DNA from: a virus
IMG/VR virus record: IMGVR_UViG_3300046820_000088
Location: 38,424-102,423 of that record
Length of the DNA: 64,000 bases
Reading direction: 5' to 3' (one strand)
Shown: one piece after another, positions 34,535-43,572 of the stretch
Position numbering within the stretch: the first letter of the stretch is position 1
How the letters are laid out: every line of letters starts with the position of its first letter
Translations under genes and position numbers: made by a program
The notes under the pieces: model-generated
Told to the model about the DNA's origin: nothing
Seen by the model: the letters and a program-made list of their open reading frames with translations, nothing else
The model's database searches: none

Positions 34535-36854
34535 CAACGGTTGTTTCCTTCTCAGCATTGGCCTTCTTAAGGGCTTTACGCTCTTCTTTGGTCAACGGTT
34601 TGGGCATATCTTCTACAGTAAATGCCAGCTCGTTATTTACAACAGACACTGTAACACGACCGCCATTGACTAGATCACCAAACAATACTCGGCGGCTTAG
34701 TGGACTCTTGATGTTGTTATCGATCATTCGAGCAAGTGGTCTCGCACCCATCTTGCTGTCGTATCCTTTTTCTGATAACCATTTTAGTGCATCAGCATCA
34801 GCAACGATTTCGATGTTTTTGTCCTTGAGCTGCGAGTTAAGTTCGTTGATAAACTTTTTCACAATCTGAACAACTACCTCTTCACCCAACTTACGGAACT
34901 TGATAACAGCGTCTAAGCGATTACGAAACTCTGGTGCAAAAAACTTTTTAATAGCTTTGTCATCCTCACCGTCTTTACCTAGATCACCAAAGCCGATAGT
35001 ATTCTTTTCGTTATCGGCAGCTCCTAAGTTACTGGTCATGATCAAGATAGTGTTGCGACCATCGGCCTGCTTTCCATTTGATCCTGTTACAAAACCGTTA
35101 TCCATGAACTGCAACAAGATATTCGAAACATCTGGATGTGCTTTTTCAATCTCGTCTAACAACAGAATACTGTTAGGATGCTCTTGTAACTTTGTGATCA
35201 GTTGTCCTGCATTATCTTCGTATCCAACATAACCAGGAGGAGAACCAATCAGTTTTGCTACGCTGTGTTTTTCTTGATACTCACTCATATCGAATCTGAT
35301 TAGATTCATACCCATCTTTTCAGACAATGCACGAGCTGTTTCAGTCTTACCGCAACCTGTTGGGCCGAGGAATAAGAAACTGCCGATTGGTTTATTTGGA
35401 TGCTTCATGCCAGCTTGTGCTACAAAGATCTTATCTAGCAATGTATCTACAGCAGTATCTTGACCGTAGACAGCAGTCTTCATACCTTTTTCAAGCTCTG
35501 CAAGATTCTTAGATTCTTTCTGAGCAACAGCCTCCAACGGCATATTGATCATCTTGCTAAGTTCGTAAGTAATCTGCTCGATGTCGACAATCTGTTCAAC
35601 ACCCTCCATACCTTCTTCATCTTTGACTTTGTATCGTGCAGATGCACAGTCGATAATGTCAATAGCCTTGTCGGGCAACTTTTTATCTGCCATATATTTG
35701 ACAGATAGTTTAACTGCCTGCTCAATAGCACCGTCGGTAATCTTAACGTTATGATGTTTCTCGTAATACTTTTTAAGACCTTTGATGATCTTTACAGTCA
35801 TTTCTGAACTTGGCTCGTCAACTGTAACACGTTGGAATCGACGCATTAGAGCACGATCCTTTTCAAAGTGCTTGCGATACTCTTCCCATGTTGTTGAAGC
35901 AATCAGTTTCAGAACACCTTTTGTCAACATAGGTTTAAGCATATTGCTCATATCGTTGCTGGATTGATTGGCAGCACCTGCACCTTGCATCATATGAGCT
36001 TCGTCGATAAACAGGATGATCTTGCCTTTCTTTTCAAGTGCAGCAAGAACCGCTTTTAGACGTTCTTCAAAATCACCACGATATTTACTGCCTGCAAGCA
36101 ATGCACTAATGTCTAGTGTGTAAACTTGATGATCCTGAATAAACTTAGGAACTTTCTTTTCAAAGATTTTACGTGCAAGGCCTTCTGCGATAGCAGTTTT
36201 ACCGACACCTGGATCACCAACTAGCAATACGTTTGACTTGTTGCGACGAGCAAGTACTAGTTGAATCTTTTCTAGTTCTTCGTCACGACCGATAACTGGA
36301 TCGATCTGACGTTGTTTAGCTCTAAGACTAAGGTTAGTACAGAACTGATTCAATACTCGTTCGATTTGATTAGAGTTTGCAACTTGAGCAGGAACTTGTT
36401 CCTCGTCATCTGACTCTTCCACTTGCATATTTTCTTGGAAGTATTTGACAAACTTTTCTTTAGATAGTCCGCCTTTAGTAAGGAAGTAGTAACTAAAGCT
36501 GTTCTTTTCACTCAAGATGCTAATAATAACATCGGCGATTTCAATACGCTGTCTGCCACTAAACAGTACCTGTGTAAATGCACGATTCAATGCACGTTCG
36601 ATAGAGTTTGTTTTCTTGGGCTTTGCGCCAGAATCTGTTACAATATCTGCCAGATTATTTTTTAGATAATGATCGAGATTTGATTTAATAAAGTTAGCAT
36701 CTGCTCCGAAGCTTTCTACAAACGAGTAAGATTCTTCGTGACACATAATACTATATGTCAGATGCTCGATAGTAATGTATTCGTGCTTCAGATCTTTTGC
36801 AACACCAATGGCGTGTTCAAAGATTGAATGTAACGTGCTGCTAGGTTCGATCAT
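34509..36854 (-). CDS. clpA: ATP-dependent Clp protease ATPase subunit ClpA
   Basis: Clp N-domain, GDPGVGKT and GPTGCGKT Walker A, KYRGDFEER, GSPPGYVG, IGF loop, MGARPL. Confidence 0.93.
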   Translation of the reverse strand: MIEPSSTLHSIFEHAIGVAKDLKHEYITIEHLTYSIMCHEESYSFVESFGADANFIKSNLDHYLKNNLADIVTDSGAKPKKTNSIERALNRAFTQVLFSGRQRIEIADVIISILSEKNSFSYYFLTKGGLSKEKFVKYFQENMQVEESDDEEQVPAQVANSNQIERVLNQFCTNLSLRAKQRQIDPVIGRDEELEKIQLVLARRNKSNVLLVGDPGVGKTAIAEGLARKIFEKKVPKFIQDHQVYTLDISALLAGSKYRGDFEERLKAVLAALEKKGKIILFIDEAHMMQGAGAANQSSNDMSNMLKPMLTKGVLKLIASTTWEEYRKHFEKDRALMRRFQRVTVDEPSSEMTVKIIKGLKKYYEKHHNVKITDGAIEQAVKLSVKYMADKKLPDKAIDIIDCASARYKVKDEEGMEGVEQIVDIEQITYELSKMINMPLEAVAQKESKNLAELEKGMKTAVYGQDTAVDTLLDKIFVAQAGMKHPNKPIGSFLFLGPTGCGKTETARALSEKMGMNLIRFDMSEYQEKHSVAKLIGSPPGYVGYEDNAGQLITKLQEHPNSILLLDEIEKAHPDVSNILLQFMDNGFVTGSNGKQADGRNTILIMTSNLGAADNEKNTIGFGDLGKDGEDDKAIKKFFAPEFRNRLDAVIKFRKLGEEVVVQIVKKFINELNSQLKDKNIEIVADADALKWLSEKGYDSKMGARPLARMIDNNIKSPLSRRVLFGDLVNGGRVTVSVVNNELAFTVEDMPKPLTKEERKALKKANAEKETTVDVTENEGN

Positions 36855-37348
36855 TATTTCTTTTTCCTTAGTTTCTTCATTGCTAATTGTAACTTTAACG
36901 GTGATACTTTGTCAACAAAACACACGCCGTTAAGGTGATCTAGCTCATGCTGAAAGCACTTTGCTAGATATCCGTCTACACGAATTTCTTTGAGATTGCC
37001 CTTGCTGTCTTGATATTCAGCAACAATCCAGCTTGGCCTCTTTAGTTTTAAGTAAAGATCCGGATAGCTTAAACATCCTTCTTCATCAAGCACCTCTTCT
37101 GTGCTTGACTCTTTAATCACGGGATTGAATACAGCAAAGGGCTCTGGGAAGCCTTCAAGGTTTCGACTGCCCATTACAAAGACTCTACGAGCAATACCGA
37201 TTTGATTTGCTGCTAGTCCTATGCCTCTGTTCGTTTCCATGAATGAAATCATGTCTGCTTCTAGTTGAGCAGCATCCCCGTCTGTTTCGAAGTTCCAGGG
37301 CTCGCTAACTTCGACAAGGGTATTGTGTGGTCCTAGTTTAAAATCCAT
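36854..37348 (-). CDS. def: peptide deformylase
   Basis: GIGLAANQ, EEGCLS, QHELDHL. Confidence 0.95.
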   Translation of the reverse strand: MDFKLGPHNTLVEVSEPWNFETDGDAAQLEADMISFMETNRGIGLAANQIGIARRVFVMGSRNLEGFPEPFAVFNPVIKESSTEEVLDEEGCLSYPDLYLKLKRPSWIVAEYQDSKGNLKEIRVDGYLAKCFQHELDHLNGVCFVDKVSPLKLQLAMKKLRKKK

Positions 37349-38165
37349 CTTTTATTTTTTTGATTTGGTCTTTTTGCTCTTGTGTGAGATTCTTAGGAAT
37401 AGACACTTTAACTCTAACTAACAGATTTCCTCTCTGTCTAGTACGCATATCCGGCAAGCCTTCTCCTTTACAACTAAGGACAGTGTCTGGCTGAGTGCCT
37501 GAAGGAATAGTTATATTTAAAGTTCTCTTGTCGATGTTGTCAATCTCTATTTTAGATCCTAACAGTGCATCCCATGCAGAGATAGTAGTTTCGTATATTA
37601 AAGAACTACCTTCTCTTCTAAAAGTTCTATGAGGTCTTACAATAACATTAACAATGAGATCACCTGGGCGAAGATCGCTAATCGAATCATCCCCCATTCC
37701 TGTATATTTGATCTGTTGACCCGATTCTATTCCGGGTGGAATAGCAATGTTAACTACTTTAGTTTTACCGCCAGGGATTCCAACTTCTGCGCTGATGTCC
37801 TTGCCATTGAGTACATCTTCTAGAGTTATCTCTATATTAACACTTAGGCTTCTGTTTCTTCTAGCAGGTCTTCCAAACCCAAAGTTGCCAAAGATATCTT
37901 CGAAGTTTCCTGAGTTAAAGTGAAACTCAAATGGTCCCTGACCAAACCCATGATGACCTGGTTGTGCATTTGGATCGCCACCCATGTCAATGATACGTTT
38001 CTTTTCGGGATTTGACAGTGACTCGTATGCTGTTGAAATCTCTTTAAACTTTTGTTCATCGCCCCCACGATCGGGGTGATGTTTCATTGCAAGACTACGG
38101 TATGCCTTTTTTATTTCAGCGTCAGACGCACCTCTTTGTAAACCTAATGTAGAATAGTAATCCAT
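37338..38165 (-). CDS. dnaJ: DnaJ-class chaperone (CbpA-like, no Zn finger)
   Basis: J domain HPD, G/F region, C-terminal domain. Confidence 0.92.
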   Translation of the reverse strand: MDYYSTLGLQRGASDAEIKKAYRSLAMKHHPDRGGDEQKFKEISTAYESLSNPEKKRIIDMGGDPNAQPGHHGFGQGPFEFHFNSGNFEDIFGNFGFGRPARRNRSLSVNIEITLEDVLNGKDISAEVGIPGGKTKVVNIAIPPGIESGQQIKYTGMGDDSISDLRPGDLIVNVIVRPHRTFRREGSSLIYETTISAWDALLGSKIEIDNIDKRTLNITIPSGTQPDTVLSCKGEGLPDMRTRQRGNLLVRVKVSIPKNLTQEQKDQIKKIKDGF

Positions 38166-38171
38166 TTTATT

Positions 38172-38200
38172 ATTATACGAAAAAAATAGGACTACGTCAA
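38172..38200 (-). promoter_or_regulatory. sigma70 promoter TTGACG-N17-TATAAT
   Basis: Near-consensus; -10 ends 6 nt before dnaJ ATG. Confidence 0.8.
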
Positions 38201-38210
38201 GTAGTCCTAT
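38180..38210 (-). terminator. intrinsic terminator after lysis operon
   Basis: ATAGGACTAC-TTGAC-GTAGTCCTAT followed by T run. Confidence 0.8.
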
Positions 38211-38235
38211 GTATTTACTGAGTAAGTGTCAGTGA

Positions 38236-38457
38236 TTATTTTTTCTTTTCGTCTTTCTTAGCGGGAGCCTTTTCTGGAACAGCAGTTCCTTCGTGCTTCT
38301 TGTGTATCTTAACGTTTTTACAAACTTCTTTTTCTTTGCCTGTCTTTGCGTCTTTTTGTGTTACACATGCCTTTTTAACTTCTGGCTTAGCATCGTCAGC
38401 AGCCATTGCTGGCATAACAAATGCTGTTGCTAGTAATAATGCAAATAGTTTTTTCAT
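38236..38457 (-). CDS. small secreted Lys-rich protein
   Basis: Signal peptide MKKLFALLLATAFVMPAMA; two Cys. Confidence 0.75.
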   Translation of the reverse strand: MKKLFALLLATAFVMPAMAADDAKPEVKKACVTQKDAKTGKEKEVCKNVKIHKKHEGTAVPEKAPAKKDEKKK

Positions 38458-38466
38458 AGTGGTTCC

Positions 38467-39003
38467 TTATAGTTCCTCGTCTTCGGGTTGAACTGGCATT
38501 GGCTTTCCAGTTGATGAAGTTAATACAGGTGCCGCAACTGCCGGAGCACTGAAGCTCGGTGTTGGTGCTGGTGCGCTTGCTGCTGGTGCTGTTGGAGCAC
38601 TAAAACTTGGTCTTGGTGCTGATGGAGCACTGAAGCTCTGTGCTGGTACTGCTGGAGAAGGGCTAAATGCTGCTGGCCCGCCTGCTGGTAAGGTTGGTGC
38701 TGAAATGCCGCCATTGTTTGCTCCGTTTAGTTTTTCCTGTGTACGACCCCATGCTGCAAGGCCTAATACTGCACCCATTGCAATATGGTATAGACCAGCA
38801 CCCTGTAGTGTAAGTGGTTGCCATTGGGTAACAGGCATTTTTAACATGGCTTGTAATAGACTCCATAATATTGGGAATAGAACAAAGTCACAAATACAAG
38901 TGCCCATGTAAATCCACCCCATCATCGGACGCCATTTACTGTTCATCCAATCTTCTTTTTTCTTTTCTGAATCACTCATTTTTGCATATTCTTCTGCTGT
39001 CAT
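38467..39003 (-). CDS. putative holin-like membrane protein with Pro/Ala-rich tail
   Basis: WRPMMGWIY motif, 2 TM helices, GRTQEK; in lysis cassette. Confidence 0.6.
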   Translation of the reverse strand: MTAEEYAKMSDSEKKKEDWMNSKWRPMMGWIYMGTCICDFVLFPILWSLLQAMLKMPVTQWQPLTLQGAGLYHIAMGAVLGLAAWGRTQEKLNGANNGGISAPTLPAGGPAAFSPSPAVPAQSFSAPSAPRPSFSAPTAPAASAPAPTPSFSAPAVAAPVLTSSTGKPMPVQPEDEEL

Positions 39004-39022
39004 TGTTCGCTCCTACTTATTT

Positions 39023-39586
39023 TTAAAACCAAAGGAATAAGCCGTTTAGACTTAACAGTATTCCTATACCTGCGACAGCAAAACTGCCCCAGAACATTGC
39101 CATACTAACTGCAAGAATACTTGCCGATAGAACAACAATTGCCAGCTGATAAGCTGTACTTGCATAGCCGATCCACGGACTAGATTTCTTTGCTACTTCA
39201 CGTTCTGCTTCCATCTTACGTGCTTTAACTGCAATCTCTTTCTTGTCAGCTTCCATTCGATCTGCTTCTGCACGAAACTCTGCTTTAAGTTTAGAATCGC
39301 TAGTAGTTTTAGCAGCAATATCAAAACTAACTAATCTATTATTCTTTGCTTGATATTGTGACCACTCGTTGTTAGCACCCAGTGTATTGTTTAATACTGT
39401 GCTAGATAACTTACCACCATACCATGCGTTTACTGCTAGCAATAGAGCAAATACGGAAATAACCATACCTGCTTTGTCTTTTAGTTTTGCTTCACGTTCG
39501 CTACGTGATCCAACTGGTGGCTTTGGTGCATTTGGGTCTTTGGGTTCTTTATTGATTAATTTTAAAATCGAGTCGTGTAATGCCAT
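39023..39586 (-). CDS. DUF4337-like membrane protein
   Basis: TM helices flanking WSQYQAK and a coiled coil; QLAIVVLSASIL. Confidence 0.6.
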   Translation of the reverse strand: MALHDSILKLINKEPKDPNAPKPPVGSRSEREAKLKDKAGMVISVFALLLAVNAWYGGKLSSTVLNNTLGANNEWSQYQAKNNRLVSFDIAAKTTSDSKLKAEFRAEADRMEADKKEIAVKARKMEAEREVAKKSSPWIGYASTAYQLAIVVLSASILAVSMAMFWGSFAVAGIGILLSLNGLFLWF

Positions 39587-39611
39587 ACTGATTTTTTGCT
39601 CCTTCTATATT

Positions 39612-39872
39612 TTATTTAACTGCTTCGTTAAATATTTGCTTTTGACGTTTGTGCCATTCTAACCATGCATCAACCTTAACTCTGCACTCGTAGTATGTGC
39701 TGTAGTTAACAACTACTACATCTAGCAGTTTGCTGAGCTCTTGTGTATCTTTCGAGGCTTCTTTAAGTTCTGGACACGCAGTCTGTAACTCCGGAGGAAT
39801 CTCTGGAAACTTAGGTGCAGTTGACAAACAACCTGTTAAGAACAAGGCTAATGAAATAACTAGATATCTCAT
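39612..39872 (-). CDS. o-spanin lipoprotein (Rz1-like)
   Basis: Lipobox LTGC, Pro-rich, NYSTYYEC. Confidence 0.8.
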   Translation of the reverse strand: MRYLVISLALFLTGCLSTAPKFPEIPPELQTACPELKEASKDTQELSKLLDVVVVNYSTYYECRVKVDAWLEWHKRQKQIFNEAVK

Positions 39873-40339
39873 TTCTTTTCCTCTGGTTTTCTATTTTTTG
39901 CTGCATCGTTATGGATGTCTATTGCAATGCCGGGTACTTTACAGTCTTTGTCGATAAACTCTTTTTCTTTTATGATTCTATCTTGATTGACTACCTGAAC
40001 TTCCTTAACTACTTTTACTCTTTCGACTATCTTTGTCTGTATTTGAACATTGGTTTCTTTTGCTTTTTCTTCAGCAACAGCAGCACGTTCTTCCGCAACT
40101 TTTAGTTTTTCACGCCATTCCATTTCAACACTATATCCGCCTTTGAGATAAATGCCTGAAACTAGTAGCAGAGCACTTACTATCTGTAATATCAAATAAT
40201 AAGGTGCGATTGCTGGAAAATATCTCAGTAATCTGTTGATAGCAAAAAAAGTAAGGAATGAACTAATAGCTCCTGCAATCAATATAGTGTTAACTATATA
40301 GATCAAAAAAGAATCAGGAACAAAAGAAAAAGCCCACAT
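39869..40339 (-). CDS. i-spanin (Rz-like)
   Basis: N-terminal TM helices plus periplasmic coiled coil and late Cys. Confidence 0.7.
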   Translation of the reverse strand: MWAFSFVPDSFLIYIVNTILIAGAISSFLTFFAINRLLRYFPAIAPYYLILQIVSALLLVSGIYLKGGYSVEMEWREKLKVAEERAAVAEEKAKETNVQIQTKIVERVKVVKEVQVVNQDRIIKEKEFIDKDCKVPGIAIDIHNDAAKNRKPEEKK

Positions 40340-40340
40340 T

Positions 40341-40967
40341 TTATAAACCTAGAACGTGTAGTGCGTGATTGTAATGCTTAATGCGATCTTCAAGACCAAT
40401 AGTACCGCCGTTAATACGCTTAGTCATTGTTAGGATGTCGCCCTTATCAGCCCATTGGTTTAGGTTGTTTGTTTCCCAGAACCAGCAAGCTGATTGAACA
40501 GCACCTTCAAAGGTTGCTAGGTATTCCGGAACATCTTCAACAGGCATTTCTAAACTTGCTGCAAACCAGCTATAGTTGTCCTTACCGGTCAGCTGAATAA
40601 GTCCACGACCACAGTAACGGAAGCCGTCTCCCGATGCTTCGTCTCCGTTGCCCATACGATTACCGTAAACACGGTTAGCAATCATTTCTTGTTTGTTTGC
40701 ATATGCAGCGGCAATAGCATCGTCGGGGAAATATTTAGGAAACACTTTTCTCAAACTAGCGGCCTTATAGTTTAGATTTTCTTTAAGCAATCTAAAGTTT
40801 CCAGATTCGTGAGCACACTGAGCAATAAATGATGCTACACGTTGTGGAGTATTGATTTCGTATTCCGGTAAGATTTCGCTTAAAGCACTGTACCAGTTAT
40901 CCAAGTAAGGATTACCTGGAATCATCTGTGCTAGTTGTTCTTTTGTAAAATCAAATGTGAAACTCAT
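40341..40967 (-). CDS. GH19 endolysin
   Basis: FIAQCAHES, ENLNY, GDGFRYCGRGLIQLTG, TKRINGG. Confidence 0.9.
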   Translation of the reverse strand: MSFTFDFTKEQLAQMIPGNPYLDNWYSALSEILPEYEINTPQRVASFIAQCAHESGNFRLLKENLNYKAASLRKVFPKYFPDDAIAAAYANKQEMIANRVYGNRMGNGDEASGDGFRYCGRGLIQLTGKDNYSWFAASLEMPVEDVPEYLATFEGAVQSACWFWETNNLNQWADKGDILTMTKRINGGTIGLEDRIKHYNHALHVLGL

Positions 40968-40969
40968 TG

Positions 40970-41722
40970 TTATATCCTTTGTAGTAACATTGCTTGACCG
41001 TTATTGTCAAACATAAAGTTGTCGCCTACCTTATTAATGTTGTAGTCGCCTAAAACTTTTGTGAGCCAAAATATTTCGCTCATAGCATCTTGATCCATCG
41101 TGATAGCATCTGTAACACCTTCTAAGATGGATTCGGTTGTTGCTTCCTTGACCATGCGCAATTGAACTTTTTTATCAAATGCTTTATGTATTGTGATAAT
41201 ATCGTTTTCGATAGTTAGGTCATCCATCAGAGTCTTGTTGAAAAACTTTTTGATACCTTCAGTCTTGATGTTTAGCATTAGTCCGTCGTAGTCTCTTGGA
41301 GTTTGAGGAATAACTGATCTAAGTGTTTCTTCAGAGACTTCGTGTTCTCCGCTTTTCTTATGATACTTAAACTTAAAGTCCTCAATGCCTGTTAACTTTT
41401 TAATACCGTAGGTTAACTCTCTAATATTCTCTGCAAGTTTGCCCGACCTATCTAGTTCGACGAACACGTGATATTCACCTTTGTCATTTTCTCCGGAGCT
41501 TACATCGGAGTCAAGAACAAAGTGATATCCTTTCTCGATAAACTCCATGAGGTCATTTGCTGGAGCACGATCTTTAACATAGAAACTTAAAACGCAGACA
41601 TCTCTATCTTCGCCCATCTTTGATCTAAATGTATCTACGTCGAACATAGGATGTACCATTTCTTTTAGATCCAACGGACGCAGACCTTCATTAAGCTGCT
41701 GGTGCTGATTGTTCTTCTGCAT
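40970..41722 (-). CDS. hypothetical phage protein
   Basis: 250 aa ORF; LNEG site near N-term; YHVFVELDR. Confidence 0.75.
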   Translation of the reverse strand: MQKNNQHQQLNEGLRPLDLKEMVHPMFDVDTFRSKMGEDRDVCVLSFYVKDRAPANDLMEFIEKGYHFVLDSDVSSGENDKGEYHVFVELDRSGKLAENIRELTYGIKKLTGIEDFKFKYHKKSGEHEVSEETLRSVIPQTPRDYDGLMLNIKTEGIKKFFNKTLMDDLTIENDIITIHKAFDKKVQLRMVKEATTESILEGVTDAITMDQDAMSEIFWLTKVLGDYNINKVGDNFMFDNNGQAMLLQRI

Positions 41723-42230
41723 TTGTCATGTCCTGTACTTGTTCGTCGGCCGCTTGTATCTCTCCAGATCTATTATTTTGATTTAATAGATCGTCAACCT
41801 TGTTCTTATCTAATTCTGTATAGCCTCTGTTGATATCGTTCATCAACTTCTTAGGCATTGCAATCTTAACCATCCATATTGGCTTGTGGTCAATCTTGCC
41901 TTTTCGTGTTCCTGGTCTGATATCGCCTGGTGTTTTAATTTTTCTTACAGATGCTATTTCAGATTCTGCAAACTGTACTTTGCATCCGTACTCTAATAAT
42001 CTCATGCCGCCCTTGGGTTCGGGCATTTTTTCTTTAGGCCACATAAAAGTACATTCTACCCAGTACTTTGTTTCCTTGGGCCCTTCTACTAGCTCGCCGT
42101 CGATCCAGTTATCGTAAACATAGGTGTCTAGTTCGTCAATAACACGTTCGAAGTCTTTGAGTAAATTTAGGCTGTTGTTAGAACCGTAAACCTGTTCTAT
42201 ATTTGCTATAATGTCTTTAATGTCTGCCAT
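41691..42230 (-). CDS. hypothetical phage protein
   Basis: GGAG RBS; late promoter GATAAATA at 42245-42252. Confidence 0.75.
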   Translation of the reverse strand: MADIKDIIANIEQVYGSNNSLNLLKDFERVIDELDTYVYDNWIDGELVEGPKETKYWVECTFMWPKEKMPEPKGGMRLLEYGCKVQFAESEIASVRKIKTPGDIRPGTRKGKIDHKPIWMVKIAMPKKLMNDINRGYTELDKNKVDDLLNQNNRSGEIQAADEQVQDMTNAEEQSAPAA

Positions 42231-42302
42231 GATATCTCCCATTGTATTTATCGTCAAAACTTAAACATAACTTATATCTTTTTGAATCTCGTCTTAAATA
42301 CA

Positions 42303-42372
42303 AATGTGTTCGGACACGGACACAAGCGGTTTGAGGTCCGTGCCTAACACGTTAAAGGAGGGCTAACCTTAA
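42303..42372 (+). promoter_or_regulatory. structured phoH 5' leader
   Basis: GTGTT/AACAC, GG/CC and CACGGAC/GTCCGTG nested stems after TTAAATA (42294-42300). Confidence 0.5.
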
Positions 42373-42373
42373 T

Positions 42374-43117
42374 ATGAAGCGAAAAAAAGCGCAACAGCAG
42401 CAATCAAGTCAGCATTATGACCCACGTTTTCAAGATAACGTTATAAATATTGATCAACGTCTAAATGAAAAGCGCAAGCGAGTCCAGATATATCCCAAGA
42501 ATCTAAGTCAAGAGACTTACTTACTCAAACTAAACGATCCCCAGAAAATGATAGTTTTTGCTATCGGCCCAGCCGGTACAGGAAAAACCATGCTGGCCGT
42601 TCAGTGGGCAGTTGATCAGTTGAAGTATGGAGATGTTGATAAGATCATTGTTACAAGACCTGCTGTTTCCGTAGACGAGGAACATGGATTCCTCCCAGGC
42701 GATCTAAATGAAAAAATGGCGCCTTGGACCAAGCCTATTTTTGATGTATTTTCTGAAAACTTCAATGCTAGAGAAATCGAAAACTTTGTACGAGAAGGAG
42801 TGATTGAAACTAGCCCTCTAGCATATATGAGAGGAAGAACATTCAAAAACGCGATAGTTATTGCTGACGAGATGCAGAATGCAACGCCAAGCCAAATGAA
42901 GATGTTACTTACTAGATTAGGAACCGGATCAAGAATGGTTGTAACTGGAGACCTACAACAAGCAGACCGCCCAAGTAACAATGGACTTCTAGAATTTTTG
43001 AAGTTGTATAATGACTTTGATGCACATAGATATGTAGATCTATGTAAGTTTACAGTGCAAGACGTAGAACGTCATGAAGCAGTTAAGGAGATACTAGCTA
43101 TATACGGTGACAAATAA
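42374..43117 (+). CDS. phoH: PhoH-family ATPase
   Basis: GPAGTGKT, GFLPG, LAYMRGRT, DEMQN, TGDLQQ. Confidence 0.95.
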   Translation: MKRKKAQQQQSSQHYDPRFQDNVINIDQRLNEKRKRVQIYPKNLSQETYLLKLNDPQKMIVFAIGPAGTGKTMLAVQWAVDQLKYGDVDKIIVTRPAVSVDEEHGFLPGDLNEKMAPWTKPIFDVFSENFNAREIENFVREGVIETSPLAYMRGRTFKNAIVIADEMQNATPSQMKMLLTRLGTGSRMVVTGDLQQADRPSNNGLLEFLKLYNDFDAHRYVDLCKFTVQDVERHEAVKEILAIYGDK

Positions 43118-43143
43118 AAAGTGGGGGATCACTCCCCCACTTT
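43118..43143. terminator. bidirectional terminator-like hairpin between convergent genes
   Basis: AAAGTGGGGGA-TCAC-TCCCCCACTTT. Confidence 0.75.
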
Positions 43144-43572
43144 GTTTACTTCTATCCCTGACTTTTTAAGAAACTCTAATCCCGCCATGTCCCTATAACT
43201 ATTGCGGTAGTATACATTAGATATGCCGCTTTGGTATATAAGTTTGGCACAATCAAGACAAGGAGCATGAGTAATAAAAACACTAGCATTACTACCACTT
43301 TGGCTCGAACGGGCCAACTTTGCAATCGCATTAGATTCAGCATGAAGTACCTCTGGTCTTGTTTTAAGTTCTGTTGTGTAGTCGTTATCTTCTTCTACAA
43401 GAACTTCATATTCGCAATTATTATCCCACCCAGCAGGCATACCATTGTACCCGTAGCTGATAACACTATCGTCTTTGACAATGACGGCCCCAACCTGTAA
43501 TCTTTTAGCATGACTAAGCTGGGCTGCTCTTTCCGCCCAATCCATGTACATGTTAACAAACTTTTCTTTCAT
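43129..43572 (-). CDS. dCMP deaminase
   Basis: VGAVIV, GYNG, HAESNA, PCLDC. Confidence 0.93.
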   Translation of the reverse strand: MKEKFVNMYMDWAERAAQLSHAKRLQVGAVIVKDDSVISYGYNGMPAGWDNNCEYEVLVEEDNDYTTELKTRPEVLHAESNAIAKLARSSQSGSNASVFITHAPCLDCAKLIYQSGISNVYYRNSYRDMAGLEFLKKSGIEVNKVGE

